Shown: positions 1 to 12,157 of the stretch, in pieces
Numbering within the stretch: the first letter of the stretch is position 1
How the letters are laid out: each line of letters opens with the position of its first letter
Origin: Tubiluchus corallicola
Taxonomy: Eukaryota; Animalia; Priapulida
Reading direction: 5' to 3'
Assembly (NCBI GenBank): GCA_030141605.1
Contig: JAQGDQ010000031.1
Coordinates: 186,001-250,000, forward strand
Length of the DNA: 64,000 bases
Program-made: the position numbers and the translations under genes
Notes under the pieces: generated by a model
Seen by the model: the letters and a program-made list of their open reading frames with translations, nothing else
Databases searched by the model: none
What the model was told of the DNA's origin: nothing

Positions 1-1066
1 GAGCACGTAGATACAACACCTGGTGCACAAGAACAGTTACTGCGCCACTGTGACTGTAACAGTTTATTGTTGTGTTGTGAAACAAAAGTTTAAGATGAGA
101 GGTAAATTTTCTTTAATTTTTAACGAATATTCAATGCATTAACTATGAGATCTTGTAATTTTTTGCACTGCTCAAAACGAGAGATAATCAAAGACAGCTT
201 TTTTATTCAAGTAATGTCAAAATTTAAAGAACAGTTGGCGTCATAGAACAATATATTGGGTTTGTCTCTGTGTTTTTTCCTTTTCTATTTAATGTACATC
301 TTATAAATGCTCGGTTAATTTATTATCAATATGAGTACAAAAGTAAAATATGGCACTACACCATATTATTTACTGAGATGTTGTGACACGAATTAACTGC
401 TAGTGCAATTATGATATACAAGAAAGAATCTCATATTACAAAACTTATTTAAAATTTCACTTTTTTGAGTATTTCATGAGAACGACACACAATAAAATAA
501 AAAACAAGAAATTTCTATCTTAAGTTTACTTTATCTATATTTAAAAAAGTTGGTTTTTAACTAAATTTTTCAGGTTTTGTTATCGTGTTGACTGTCTATA
601 AAATTCCCGAATAATATTTTAATTTAGTAGCTGAGCATTTCTGTAGTAAACAACGATGTATACGCGACAAAATAAAAAGATTTTTCATCCTTAAAATTAG
701 TTTGTTTAAAATGAAAGGTTAATTTTCGTTTACGTTTTTCAGGTTTTCTCATCCTGTTATCGGTATGTATAATTTACAATTTTTGATAATTATAAGTCAC
801 TTAATTGATACTATTTCTCATATTGCATGGTGCTTAATCTTACTTATACGCAAAAGGAAGCGTAGGCTTAGCTAACTCTAACACGCAGCTTAACGAAATT
901 ATGCATAAAAGTAATGTGGTCGTGACTGCTTTTGCATGGAACGCAGCTAACATTAGAAATTTCAGTCAAAACTTATGCATTAAGTGGTCTAACATCAATC
1001 CATCTAATCGACTGAAAACAGCGTATTTGCTACGAAAACACATATCTATGTAATACCAATGACATG

Positions 1067-1232
1067 AGTGGGGTTTACGTAGCATTCGGAATGCGTAAGG
1101 GGGTGCGGAATAGATAAAATCGGTTTATATTGTTTTCAATGCACCTGCGTTATGCGTTATTTTTTATGCAGCTATTCCGCAGGTGGAAAACTCACAACGC
1201 ATACGCATTCCGACTACTAGGTAAACGCCACT
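1067..1232. mobile_element. Short palindromic MITE-like element
   Basis: About 30-bp imperfect terminal inverted repeats (AGTGGGGTTTACGTAGCATTCGGAATGCGTA ... TACGCATTCCGACTACTAGGTAAACGCCACT), plus an inner inverted pair GCGGAATAG/CTATTCCGC. No clear TSD. Confidence 0.6.
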
Positions 1233-2317
1233 TTAACCAACTGAAAATTCTTAAATTGAAATTTCAAAACTTTCCAGTAGTCCAAATCTCATCATCAACT
1301 TAAAGAGTGGTCAGGTTTTGTAACAACAGCCATCATATTCTTTTGGCTCATTGCTTCTTGTAGTAAAATATAATTAATAACGCCAGAAGGGCAACACGGA
1401 CTGTAAAGAACTAATACTCGTAAGTATTGTTAAGAAATATAATTCTGGTCTTTAAAATTGGCAAAACCCAAATAAAAAAGAACACACGATCCATAAGATC
1501 TGAAACAATATTCTTACACATACAGGGAGTATCATATACAGAAATGATCTTTAGTAATATAGCACTTATTATACGCTTACTAAGGCCTACGGAAGATTTT
1601 GTCTCATTCCATTTTCAGTTTCCTGGATCTGAATTTCTATTTTCACTTTTTAATTCCATTCTTAATTGCTACTGGCATAGTTCAGGGCGCTTTACATAAA
1701 ATCACTTCAGTCACTTCTTGCGAAGATTGCTTTGTCAGAGTTTTGTGCCCTTTTTCAATAACAGTGTGTTGCATTTCCCAGTTTACTGTGAAAGAGTCTT
1801 TATAAATCCAGAATCTAAATATTAATCTTACAGGCTACTAAACGTTTCGCATGCCTCATTTCGACTGCGCAAAATTTACACATATTCAACTTCATAAACA
1901 TTTAACGAAATTTAACGAAACTGACTGGTCTCCATTTCTTTTTTTTACAAAAACCTTTTTTGTGGCGCATCATTTATTCACAATTACCTAACATCATTGA
2001 TAGCTCGGCTTGCGTGCTAATTTTTTTGTTAAATGTTTAATATCCAGTGACCCACTCGCTAATTATAACAATTCATTTTAATAATGGGCCTGATACATTT
2101 TTCGTTTCTTGATTAGACTCTAGTCTAGGCTCATAGATTTGTAAGTAAATGTTTTCAATTTACATTAACTTCATTTAGACCTAGTGACAATTTTCAGCTA
2201 CTATTTTCCCTTAGAGTTGCTCTACACGAAATAATTTAGGAAAGTGCTTCCCGTTTCGCAAGCGTCTGATTCAGGGAGAAATGATAAGGGATACTTTCAT
2301 CCTATTTCTCCACAAAT

Positions 2318-2625
2318 GTAGTTCTTCAACAATTTATCCACCATAATAGTTCTACATCCATATCTCCACCATGCTAGTTCTTCAGCCATTTTTCCACTGA
2401 AGTAGTTGGTCAGTTATTTCTTCAAAGTGATATTTATTAAACTATTTTCGCGCCAAGGTAGTTCTTCAACCACTTATACTTCGTGGTAGTTCTTTAAAGG
2501 TTCCGTCGACCCGGCAGTTCTTCAATCATTTCCTCGGCAGGGTAGTTCTTTAACCATTTAATCTCCATGGTAGTTTCTCAACCATTTCTCCAGCATGGGA
2601 GTTCTGCAGTCATTTCTTCACCATG
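2318..2625. repeat. Degenerate 28-bp minisatellite, 11 units
   Basis: Units start every 28 bp from 2318 to 2598 with no indels. Consensus is about GTAGTTCTTCAACCATTT plus 10 more variable nt. A further decayed unit lies at 2290-2317. Confidence 0.85.
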
Positions 2626-5600
2626 CTTTTAATCTCGTTTGGGTTTTTATCGTTGACTGGCGTCGATTTTTTCCATTCCCACTTTGCAGCCCTTTAACTA
2701 AGTTAATTTGCAGCTCTTTTGTATTTGAGGTCGTCTTTGTAAAGATTCGTATATGCTATATACAGATTGCTGCATCCACACTGAATCATCAGTAGGGGGT
2801 CGTAACCATCTAATGTAAGATCAATTCCAGCAGTTTTTATCAACACGAGTTTTGAAAAAAATGCTTGAACTTGCATCAATACCACTGCTCTCCTTCAATG
2901 TTATAAATACCCATAAATTCTTAAAAGATCATTTGAAGAATCCTCATTCAATCTTTTTCTGGATTTAGATCATTTTTAATAACGATTGTAATTTATATAT
3001 GGATTTTGCTTCTGTAATAACTAATGTAATGTTTTTTACCAATGTATGATACAGTTATTATAATAGTCTAATTCCACCCCATTTTTACAATTTAAGATTT
3101 AAAGCCAATTAGAATAAAGCAACCTAAAACAGCAGTTAAAAGTTCTTTTATTAATGTTTGTTTTTATATAAAAAAAAGTCGTACACAATATCACTTTATT
3201 GAACCTTATATCAATAAAAACTGCTGGACCTAGTCTCTGAATTAAATGATAATAGTCTCATTAGTTTCTAACTATAGCACAAATAAGTTTTTATCATAAA
3301 ATTATAGTGTTGGTACGTCGCTGTTAATGATTTACGAAGTTTCAACTTGACTTCTTTAATGCATCGATGTAAATAACTGTAAGACAGGACAAAAAGAAAA
3401 AATGCTAAATGGCAAGGAAGATAGAAATAGCGAATTTTCTGGGTTCGGTGACATAATTTTGCTTTCTCTCATTCGTTTTTCAGTCGTGTTTCTCTAATGT
3501 TTTCATTTCCGTCTTTTCTCTCTTTCCGTCAAAAATTTCAACACTTTGCGTTTGAACTCGTGACTGAAGCAGAAAACGTCAGCTTACGCCATTTTACTTA
3601 CAAGAGAAAGTTTAATGAATATTTATTTCAAATAAAAAGACAAACAAATTTATGATTTGTCTACTCCGCGGAATGTAACAACTCGACTAAATCGCTTTTA
3701 CTTCCTAATTGTTGGCTACTGTTGCATAAAGTTACACAATAACAACGCTAAACATAACAAAACGCTACGCTGCAAGACCTGCGTCGAAAATTTTTCGCGA
3801 TAATGAAAAATTCCGGCTACGTGGAGAGTGCGCGCATCATTGATCATTGGGTAAGTGGGTAGCATTAAAGACAGAGGCAAGATTTATTTACTATCATTTA
3901 ACAGAAACATTAGCACTAACGCTCATTTAGCGACTTACAACAATGTAGGTAAGGTAATATCACACAAATAACATATAGGGTATGTGCTCTGACGTCTGCA
4001 GCCGCTAGACTCGAACTTAAGATTGCGTGATTGCAGACCGAGATCCAAACCACCCGGCCACCCAACCTATATCACTTGATAACTCATCAGGGAGAGGTAG
4101 CCACTTGAACTGACAGATGTCTTGTACCCTCCTGTTTAAACAGGGGGTCATCTTTCGCCACGCAGTGGTCTGAACCCTATCCCAGGTATTTGCCCTGCTA
4201 GATTCACGACCCTAGCCTTTTATATTTCCGAATTAACATGGATTAAAAATGGATGCCTAATAAACGCCGGTTCTCTTAGACTCGTGATGCTCGCGAATTA
4301 AAAATTACACCAAGTTTCTGTTTTTTTTCCATTATTCCACATAAGAGACCCTGTTTTGGGGTTGCTTAAACTTTTTTCGTCTAATATATTAAAAAACCCA
4401 TTTAGCATTTTTTAACAGACGGCTACATTGAAAAACGTGCGTCAATAAATTTCTCTAGATAATGGTGCAGGTTTCTAAAATTAAGAACATTACAGAAGGT
4501 GCAAAGCTGTTTTGTAGCATAAGGGCTATTTTGATGATTTCATTTTAGTATGTACTGGCTTTTTCAAAAGTTCCATATTCTTTTTAAAAATTTGTTAAAC
4601 AAACAATTGCAAGAGGAACCATAACAATAATTCAACTACCGAGTCTACGATTCATAAGAATTTTCGTAGCATAAAATCCCCATAAATCTCTTAAAATTAA
4701 TTTACTACAAAACGGCATATTTAATCATGGAGTGATTTTCTAGAGTCTATCTGGTAACAGCAAAAAAACGACATAAAACTTTAAATGAAGATTCAAAATG
4801 ACTCTCGATTACTGAGTAAAAATTGAAAATCATCTTAATCGGGGACTTTTGAAAGATCTTGTATACATATCTAGTTATAAACTTGATGATATGTAAGATT
4901 AATAAGACTACGTAAAAACAAGAATTTATGGTAGAATTTATTATTGGCATATATATATACATTATACAATAATGATTACTTTCTGTTCAATGCTGGGTGA
5001 TTTGCCAGCTTAAGCACACCTGTAATTAGCCCTCAGGCAACTTGCGCAGGTAAAATCTCACGCACACTTGCAATTTTAACATTTGACCTAGATTTATTCT
5101 CTTTGCGAGAGCTCGTCCACTGAAAGGTCGTTAACCTCGCCATGGCCAGTGGTCATGATCCGATTCTGATTTTCAGATCTTAATATCTTCAGTTGGCGCA
5201 CGTCATGCGGAAATGGTTTTGATGTTCTCTGGCAAACAGTTATTGTTGTTGCCAGATTGTTTAATAATACCTATTCTGAGTAAGTTCCAGGGTTGCTATT
5301 TGTAAGCATTCTTGCTCGGTACGATACCAGAAAGATTTTAAGGTCTTTGCTCAATCTTATTTGCACGGGATGCAGCCTTTGTCAATCACCGTTCTGTACT
5401 TTTCTTCTATTACTCTTTTTAATTTTTATTTTTACGCTTATTTCAGTACATAAAAAGTACCATAAAATAATAAACAAAGCTTTGTTAAAAATCACAATTA
5501 AAAATATTACTACAAGACAAAGAAAATAAGTATTTACAGAAAGAACAGATAATTAGTAAGCTAAATATGTAAAACAGAGTTAGTAAGTGTATATTTCCAA

Positions 5601-8531
5601 TGGACGGAAGTATTAGAAGCTAAAATGACATCAATATTAAGAATAAAACTACGTACGACTTTGTTACTTGAATTTAAAACTCGCTGACGAAAGCTAAAAG
5701 TATTTTTACGTAAAGTGACTTTAAAACGATTACAAACAACATATACTAGATGCTGTAGTGTCCCTATGGTAAGCAAAAACTTCTCTGCTTGTTTGTGATA
5801 TTTTTTCTATTCAAACTTTTCCAAGTTTCACAATTTTTGTTGTTCTTTTTCTTGTTTTACAGCCTGTTGTAGTTTAATTTTTGTTCATCTTTTCTTTCGC
5901 TATTTCACATGTTTTTGCACAGCCTTATCCCTTATTTTAACGCATGTCATCACTCTCATCCTTCTCCTTTAAAATTTTCGTAATTCCGCAAATAATCCAA
6001 TACATATTTCACTTCAAACGTAATAAAATATTGGCTAAGCTATTTGTTCCTACGTTATTGACGCTATCACTTTCAGTTCGTATCCTCTTTACTTATGTTT
6101 ATTTCTCTTTTAAAAGGCCTTTACTGCAGTCACGTTTGTAGTTTTTTTACAGAAAATTTTTGCAGACAAAACTTGACGTAGGCCCATTTAAAAACGATAT
6201 ACCTAGAGACACAGTGACCCAATTGTAACAAATTTCTCTCGCTGCTTTGAACCTGAACCTACGTATAACATTATAATTAAAGTTGACACTTTAAGGAAGG
6301 TGCGATTAACTTAAATGAACAACTATATAGGTCAGCGGTGATGGGCGAACCTTGTCAACAGCAGTGGACGAACCCGGCCCGGAATTATGCATACCAAAAA
6401 TATTAGGTTTTCGTTTCTCCATTAATGTTACTTACAAGATGCATTAATCGAGTTTCCTTAAGTTTTTGACTTTAGCAGGAAACTTTGAGTTTAACTCTAC
6501 CCAAAGGGTTGTACAAATTCAGGACATAAAATCAAATGCACTCAAAACGGCTCTAAATAAAATCTTAATGTCTTTTCTGTTAATGCTAAATTATTTGTAG
6601 TTTATGCTATCTTTGTCTATGTCTTATGGTTTGTTTATTTTGTTAATATATATTATATGTACATAACGTATATCTTTGTCAACTGTTAAATTTACAAACA
6701 TTAATTGTAGTTTATGTCTACCTGTATCTATGTATTTATACGTTGTACTTACTATTTAAGAATATAGTTTTTATCGCTATACACACCACCCTCATCTCTC
6801 TCCATTCTTCGCGCTATATTTTCCCAAGTACAACTATTAGTACAACTAACCTTTTTTCTTCTTTTTCTTCACATTTTCGGAAAGCTTTTACAAGCTCTCA
6901 GCTTCTTCAGCTTTCTGCAGTACAATATGTACGACCTATGTAAATTTTTCTCATTTAATGTTAATTATTTCACTATTTTGGTTTTTTTATTTTTGTGTAT
7001 GTATTTATTCTGTAGTGTTGTACAGATGTGGAAAATAAATCACAATTGCAATTACAAAATGCTTAAAAGCGAAAACAATGTCTACGCTCACTTGCTTTGC
7101 AATTAGCTAATAAATGGTTTCTTAATCATTCTGCTAAACTCAATCCATCCCTATAGTTCTTTCGTCCTCGTGGCCTATTTTAATGCATAGTGTCATTTTT
7201 ATGTTTTCAAAGTACGTTACCGTGCTTGGTGTATAGAGTCATTTAGCCTTTAAGCTTTCTGTGGGGTTAAGTGCTAAGTTCACTTGCTGTCTCATTAGGT
7301 CAAAATATTGCTCTACACCTCCAGGGAACATGTAGTGGTGTGTCTTAACGTTAAAACTGTTTTATTGCCCACTACTGCTATGCGGTAGTGTATAATGTAC
7401 ATGTTAACCAAAAGCTAGTAAGTTCTTGTATGACGATATCTGAAAAATTAATCCAATATTTTTTAGTAAAGCATCCTAATTTCCTAAAAGCTTTTAAGTA
7501 TCTATACGTACAGTTATGTATTTTCCATTTACAGAATTGAACATACAGTTTATTTGAGGCATCGTTGTGTTACTTAATTATTTATTATATGCAACTTATT
7601 TCCTATCCGTTCATGTCTTTTCTTCACAAAAATGCGTAATTCACTCAGAACGCATAACTTACTGCAACCCTGTTGGAATTATTCATTTCTTTATAATTAA
7701 ATTAAAATTTCAATCATAATTTCATATTTTAACTTATTATGAAAATTCGAAACGACACTTCTACTGCCTTTGCATTTCTGCTGGTTTTCCATACTAAAAC
7801 AGTAGTTTGCTAAACGACGTGGAACGCTGTGCATGATATTGCTGTGGGTTTGCATTGTGCTTTGTGGGCGCTTGGCTATTATAACAACATGTTTAATAAT
7901 ATTGTTACCAATATCATGCAGCAACAAAGCTAAACTCTACTCTTAACCTAACGTATGATTAGCTAGTTTTTAGCTAATTAAACGACGTAGACGGATTCAA
8001 TTTTCAAACGTACAGCAAGGGATAAACAAGAGCACTTTCACATTGATGTGGTTCACTACGTTGTTTTCTTGCACAACTGGATTATTTAAAGCATCTGCTT
8101 TGCAGGTTAATTGGCGAGTAGTCTACAGGTCACCCATCCAAGACTTATTACACATTTTAAATGCGAGCAGCATTTCTACTTATCACTAATTTGGCAACTA
8201 GTTGATTGAGCGGATTGCAAAGCTTATCCATCTAATCTGTATGCTTTTTGGAATTACTTTTTTGCAAATCTCTCGGTAAACAGTGTCGTGTGAAAGGGCT
8301 CTTATGTTTGTGGCGTTTGTATAGCACACAGAGCTGTAGCTCTACCTCAAAACGTAACACTTAACAACATTTTTACAATTTTTATTATTTATTTCGATGG
8401 ACGTTTTTCTATTTTGTTCAGTGACGACAACTTTGATTAAACGTTTACTGTTATGAGCAGTTTAGTGAATAATGAATTCACACAGACGATTTTGCTCTTT
8501 GCCACAGGGAATGTCAACAGTTTTCTAATAA

Positions 8532-11435
8532 ATGCCCCATTTATTGAAGGTATTGACCCTAGCAGTAGCTCAACAAGAATTTGGTGGTGGATTCCAAGCC
8601 CTCCAAAGACTAGATGCAGAAAACAAGTACTTTAGAGAAAACCAGGGAAAAGTCCGTGTCGTTCCAGATCTTTCAAACGTCGGACCAAGATTTGCCGGTG
8701 GTCCGCCGAACAGGGGTCCACAACAACAAGGAGGGCAGGATGGCCAACCTGCATTTAGTGGACCTGCATTTAACCAGCCACGACAATTTCTGGGTGGCCA
8801 ATTTGTTCCCCCTTCAAAAATAATAACTCAGGGCGCGAACGATCAATCTGGCAGGCCACAAGCAGGACAAGAACAAAGACAAAGCCAAATTTCGAATGGA
8901 AGAGCACTTGCTTCACCAAGACAGCCACTTCCTCCAGGCCAAGAAAGACGCTCTTTTCCACAGGCTAGTCCACAATTGCCTGCCCAGTTCTCTAATGGAC
9001 GGGTACTTCAACAACCTCAATTTGGTCCACTGCGAGGAAATGAATATGGAGGATTTGGCTTAAGTGATAGCTTTGCTACTGGTCCCGGTGGTCAAATTGA
9101 CCAAAGCAGTCTTCCATCATCTACGTTTACGTCTTACCGACCATATGGATTCCAACCGCCTCCACCACAGCCACAACCGCAACAAGAATTCCAAACTGAA
9201 CAAGGGCGCCACCAGCAAGGTGGAAGAGGTGTTTTCCGCCCATTTGTTGCAGATGAACAACAACTGGACAGTGAGGACGCCCAGGCTTTGCAGCAGGGAC
9301 GGTTTACACAGTTTGATGGAAAACCATTCAATCACATTCGGCAACAGTTAGGACCAGTTGACACTGTACATGGGCAAAAAGTTGGCCAACAAGCTCCTCC
9401 GAATCAAAGATCTCCGATTCCTGATCAGCCTGTATACATTGAACTAGAATCCGGAGAAGAAGGCGAACAACCTCTTCTGCCAAGGTAAGACTGAGATTTG
9501 TTGCAATTAGATTAAGTTCGAATAATTTTACTTTCTCGTTATGAAAATACATTTTAGTGCATTTTATCATTTTTACGAAATTTTGTAGTGGATAACAGTT
9601 CACCGTATTAAATGTTACTGTTTGTTCGTTTATTATTTGTTTGTACAACTTTGCTTCAGTCAATTATCAAAGTCCAATTCACAATTAACCATAATCATTT
9701 GTTTTGTTGTAAACTCTGAGCCTAAAATTATCACGTTTTATTTTATAGAAAAAAACCGCCTGTGGGTGTGGCGCCGCCACTGCCATCCAGACAAGAACGC
9801 CCTCAATTCGAGAACGATCAACAACGATTTGTACCTCAGACCCAATTCAGATTAAATGACAACGTGTTTGCACAACAAGGACGGCCCCAGTTTGGTCTAC
9901 CGCAAAATGAAAATACTTTTATAGCACCACGATCTCAGCCTGGTCCATTACAGCCAAGTAACAGAGTACCTCAACATTTATTACAACATGGAGACACTGG
10001 TGTGGGACAGCAGTTTGCACCCCCGCCTGAACTTCAACTTCAACCTCAGAACGACAACAGGTTTGGACCACAACAGTTCGTTCCTCAGCAACCTCAATTT
10101 CAGAACCCTGGAACTGGAGCACAGCAATTACTACCACAACAAAATCAGCCACCATTGAATATTGCAGCACAACCTGAACGGCCACCAGTGAATCTAGCAG
10201 GGGAGGAAACTCAGCTGTGGCAACAAACAAAACCGGAATCTCCATTTGTTTCCCCAACTGGTCAATTCCGCAACCCTTATCAACAGGTCCCATCTGAGCA
10301 AAAACAACCTGAGTCCTTCACACTTAACGTTGGGACGGGCGGCGATCGAGATATTGCAGAAAAAGCGAAACTGTACAATCCGTTTACAACAACCACCACT
10401 GCTAGAACACCATCAACAACGACTACCGCTTTCACTCCATACCCTGCTTGGTCGGAGGAAAAACCAAGTGGACACAAATCACTAAACATTTACAATCCAT
10501 GGACAACGACTACGTTAGATCCAAACACACCATTCAATCCTTATAAAAAAGTTGCTCTGGAAGAGCAGCCAATTTTTGTGCCTTATCGTTCGAGAGACCA
10601 ACCAACAACAAAGCGACCAACACGCCGTCCATGGACACCACCACCAACCACAACCACCACACGGCGACCATGGACGCCACCACCAACGACAACAACTGCA
10701 TCGCGGAGAGTGTTTACCCGTCGACCGACCACATCGATACGCTATGTTCCAGTGTCAACTACGCCTAGATGGGGTCCTCCAGTAACAACACCATCCACAA
10801 CTCTTCGACCTTGGACACCACCATCAACGACGACGACTACAACTACAACTCGAGCTCCTGTGTTCATCACTCGCCAGCCCCTGCCACCAACTCGGTATCA
10901 ACCAGGGCATGAAATGCCTGTAGTTGTTGGCACTGCATCAGAAGTACCTTTGGCACCTACAGCATTCAGAGATAATAGACACTTAATCGTCACAGACTTT
11001 GTACGTGAAACCAATGCTCCTGATACTACTACCAAACATATTACTACAACAACTACTCCAACAACAACAACTTCACCATCTACCGCCCCTACAACAACCA
11101 CTGTTCTACAAAAGATACCAGAAAAGAAGCCTGCTATACCAAGCATTCCTTTCTTTGAGGTAGAAAGACCTGTTATTGCTTATCCAGCTACCCGTAGGGA
11201 GCGTCCAACCACTACGTCCACCAGAGCGACAACTACAACGACAACAACAACAACAACAACACGTCGACCTACGACCACCACTGTTACAACTACAACTACT
11301 GCCCCGAGACTTCGACCTCAACCAGTAGCAGTAGCCGCGCCTAAAGAAGAAACAGTCAAGAAGCCTGGGGCATCCGGGTTGTCAAGCAACAATCTTAACT
11401 GTGGAGCTTACTGCAAATATTTCAAATTTGCTTAG
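8532..11435 (+). CDS. Uncharacterised, probably secreted Gln/Pro-rich + Thr-rich mucin-like protein, paralog A (~879 aa)
   Basis: Exons 8532-9484 and 9749-11435, joined by a phase-2 intron (AG|GTAAGA ... TTTTATAG|A) that keeps the frame. Short hydrophobic N-terminus (LLKVLTLAVA-QQ). Ends NNLNCGAYCKYFKFA*. The true start may lie in an unseen upstream exon. Confidence 0.85.
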
Positions 11436-12157
11436 ATACTTCTAACAGTTCTAGCAGTTATAAATATATTTTATTCCTTAGGTTATCACATTATTGTCAA
11501 AAAGTTTGAACTTTTCATTCTTTCATTAGCATCCTTCTTTAAATTATTTTTACTTGAATATTTCATCGCATTGTAAGTATCATTACATCTAAATGTGCAT
11601 CAGTATATCAATTATCATAATTATCGTTTTAGATTTAGGATATTCTGGCAAGTAGAATGAATTTGCTCAAACGTGTCAGGGTTCTTTTCATTACTTGTAC
11701 ATTAGTTATGCGTATTAATTGCTAAAAAGAAAAAACAGTCTCCTAATTGCTCATGTCAGAATTATCACGCTGCATTTGCGGTGCATTGGCTGAACCAGTT
11801 CTTTTCTATTTTTCTAATTATTTTAATTTCAGTTACTCACAATGACATTGCTCAACATTTTAAGTATTGTAGGTTTCTTACAGTATTTGCACATTTACGT
11901 TTGATTTTCTTCTCATTTTTAATAGCAAATAACACGTTGTATGTGTATATTTTTCATAGTTTTATATTTTCTTTCATTAATTATTGTATAATTGTGGTAT
12001 TTATGACAATAAATATTTCGATCCCCAGTCTTTATTTTGTGCTCTAATTTTTTTCATTATCACAATAACGAGTTACTAGTATTAATATTAATATCACGAA
12101 AGCTGTAGTAGCTGTTTGCAAAGCAGGTCACTGGTGTTTCCTACAAGGTTCTTATAA

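Noticed and set aside
1-1900. Possible exons or ORFs at the window start (including 1427-1699 and 1599-1805)
   Set aside because: No recognisable motifs and no phase-consistent exon chain could be built.
2318-2625. CRISPR array interpretation of the 28-bp repeat
   Set aside because: The context is eukaryotic with no cas genes, the repeats are degenerate, and the variable parts are only ~10 nt and partly similar to each other.
4060-4160. Hammerhead ribozyme on the minus strand (CTGATGAG and CGAAA present)
   Set aside because: Stems I and II cannot be formed, and the cleavage-site base would be G.
5560-6140. Lys/Glu-rich minus-strand stretch resembling a decayed transposase tail
   Set aside because: It has multiple stops and no diagnostic motif or TIR, so it cannot be supported.
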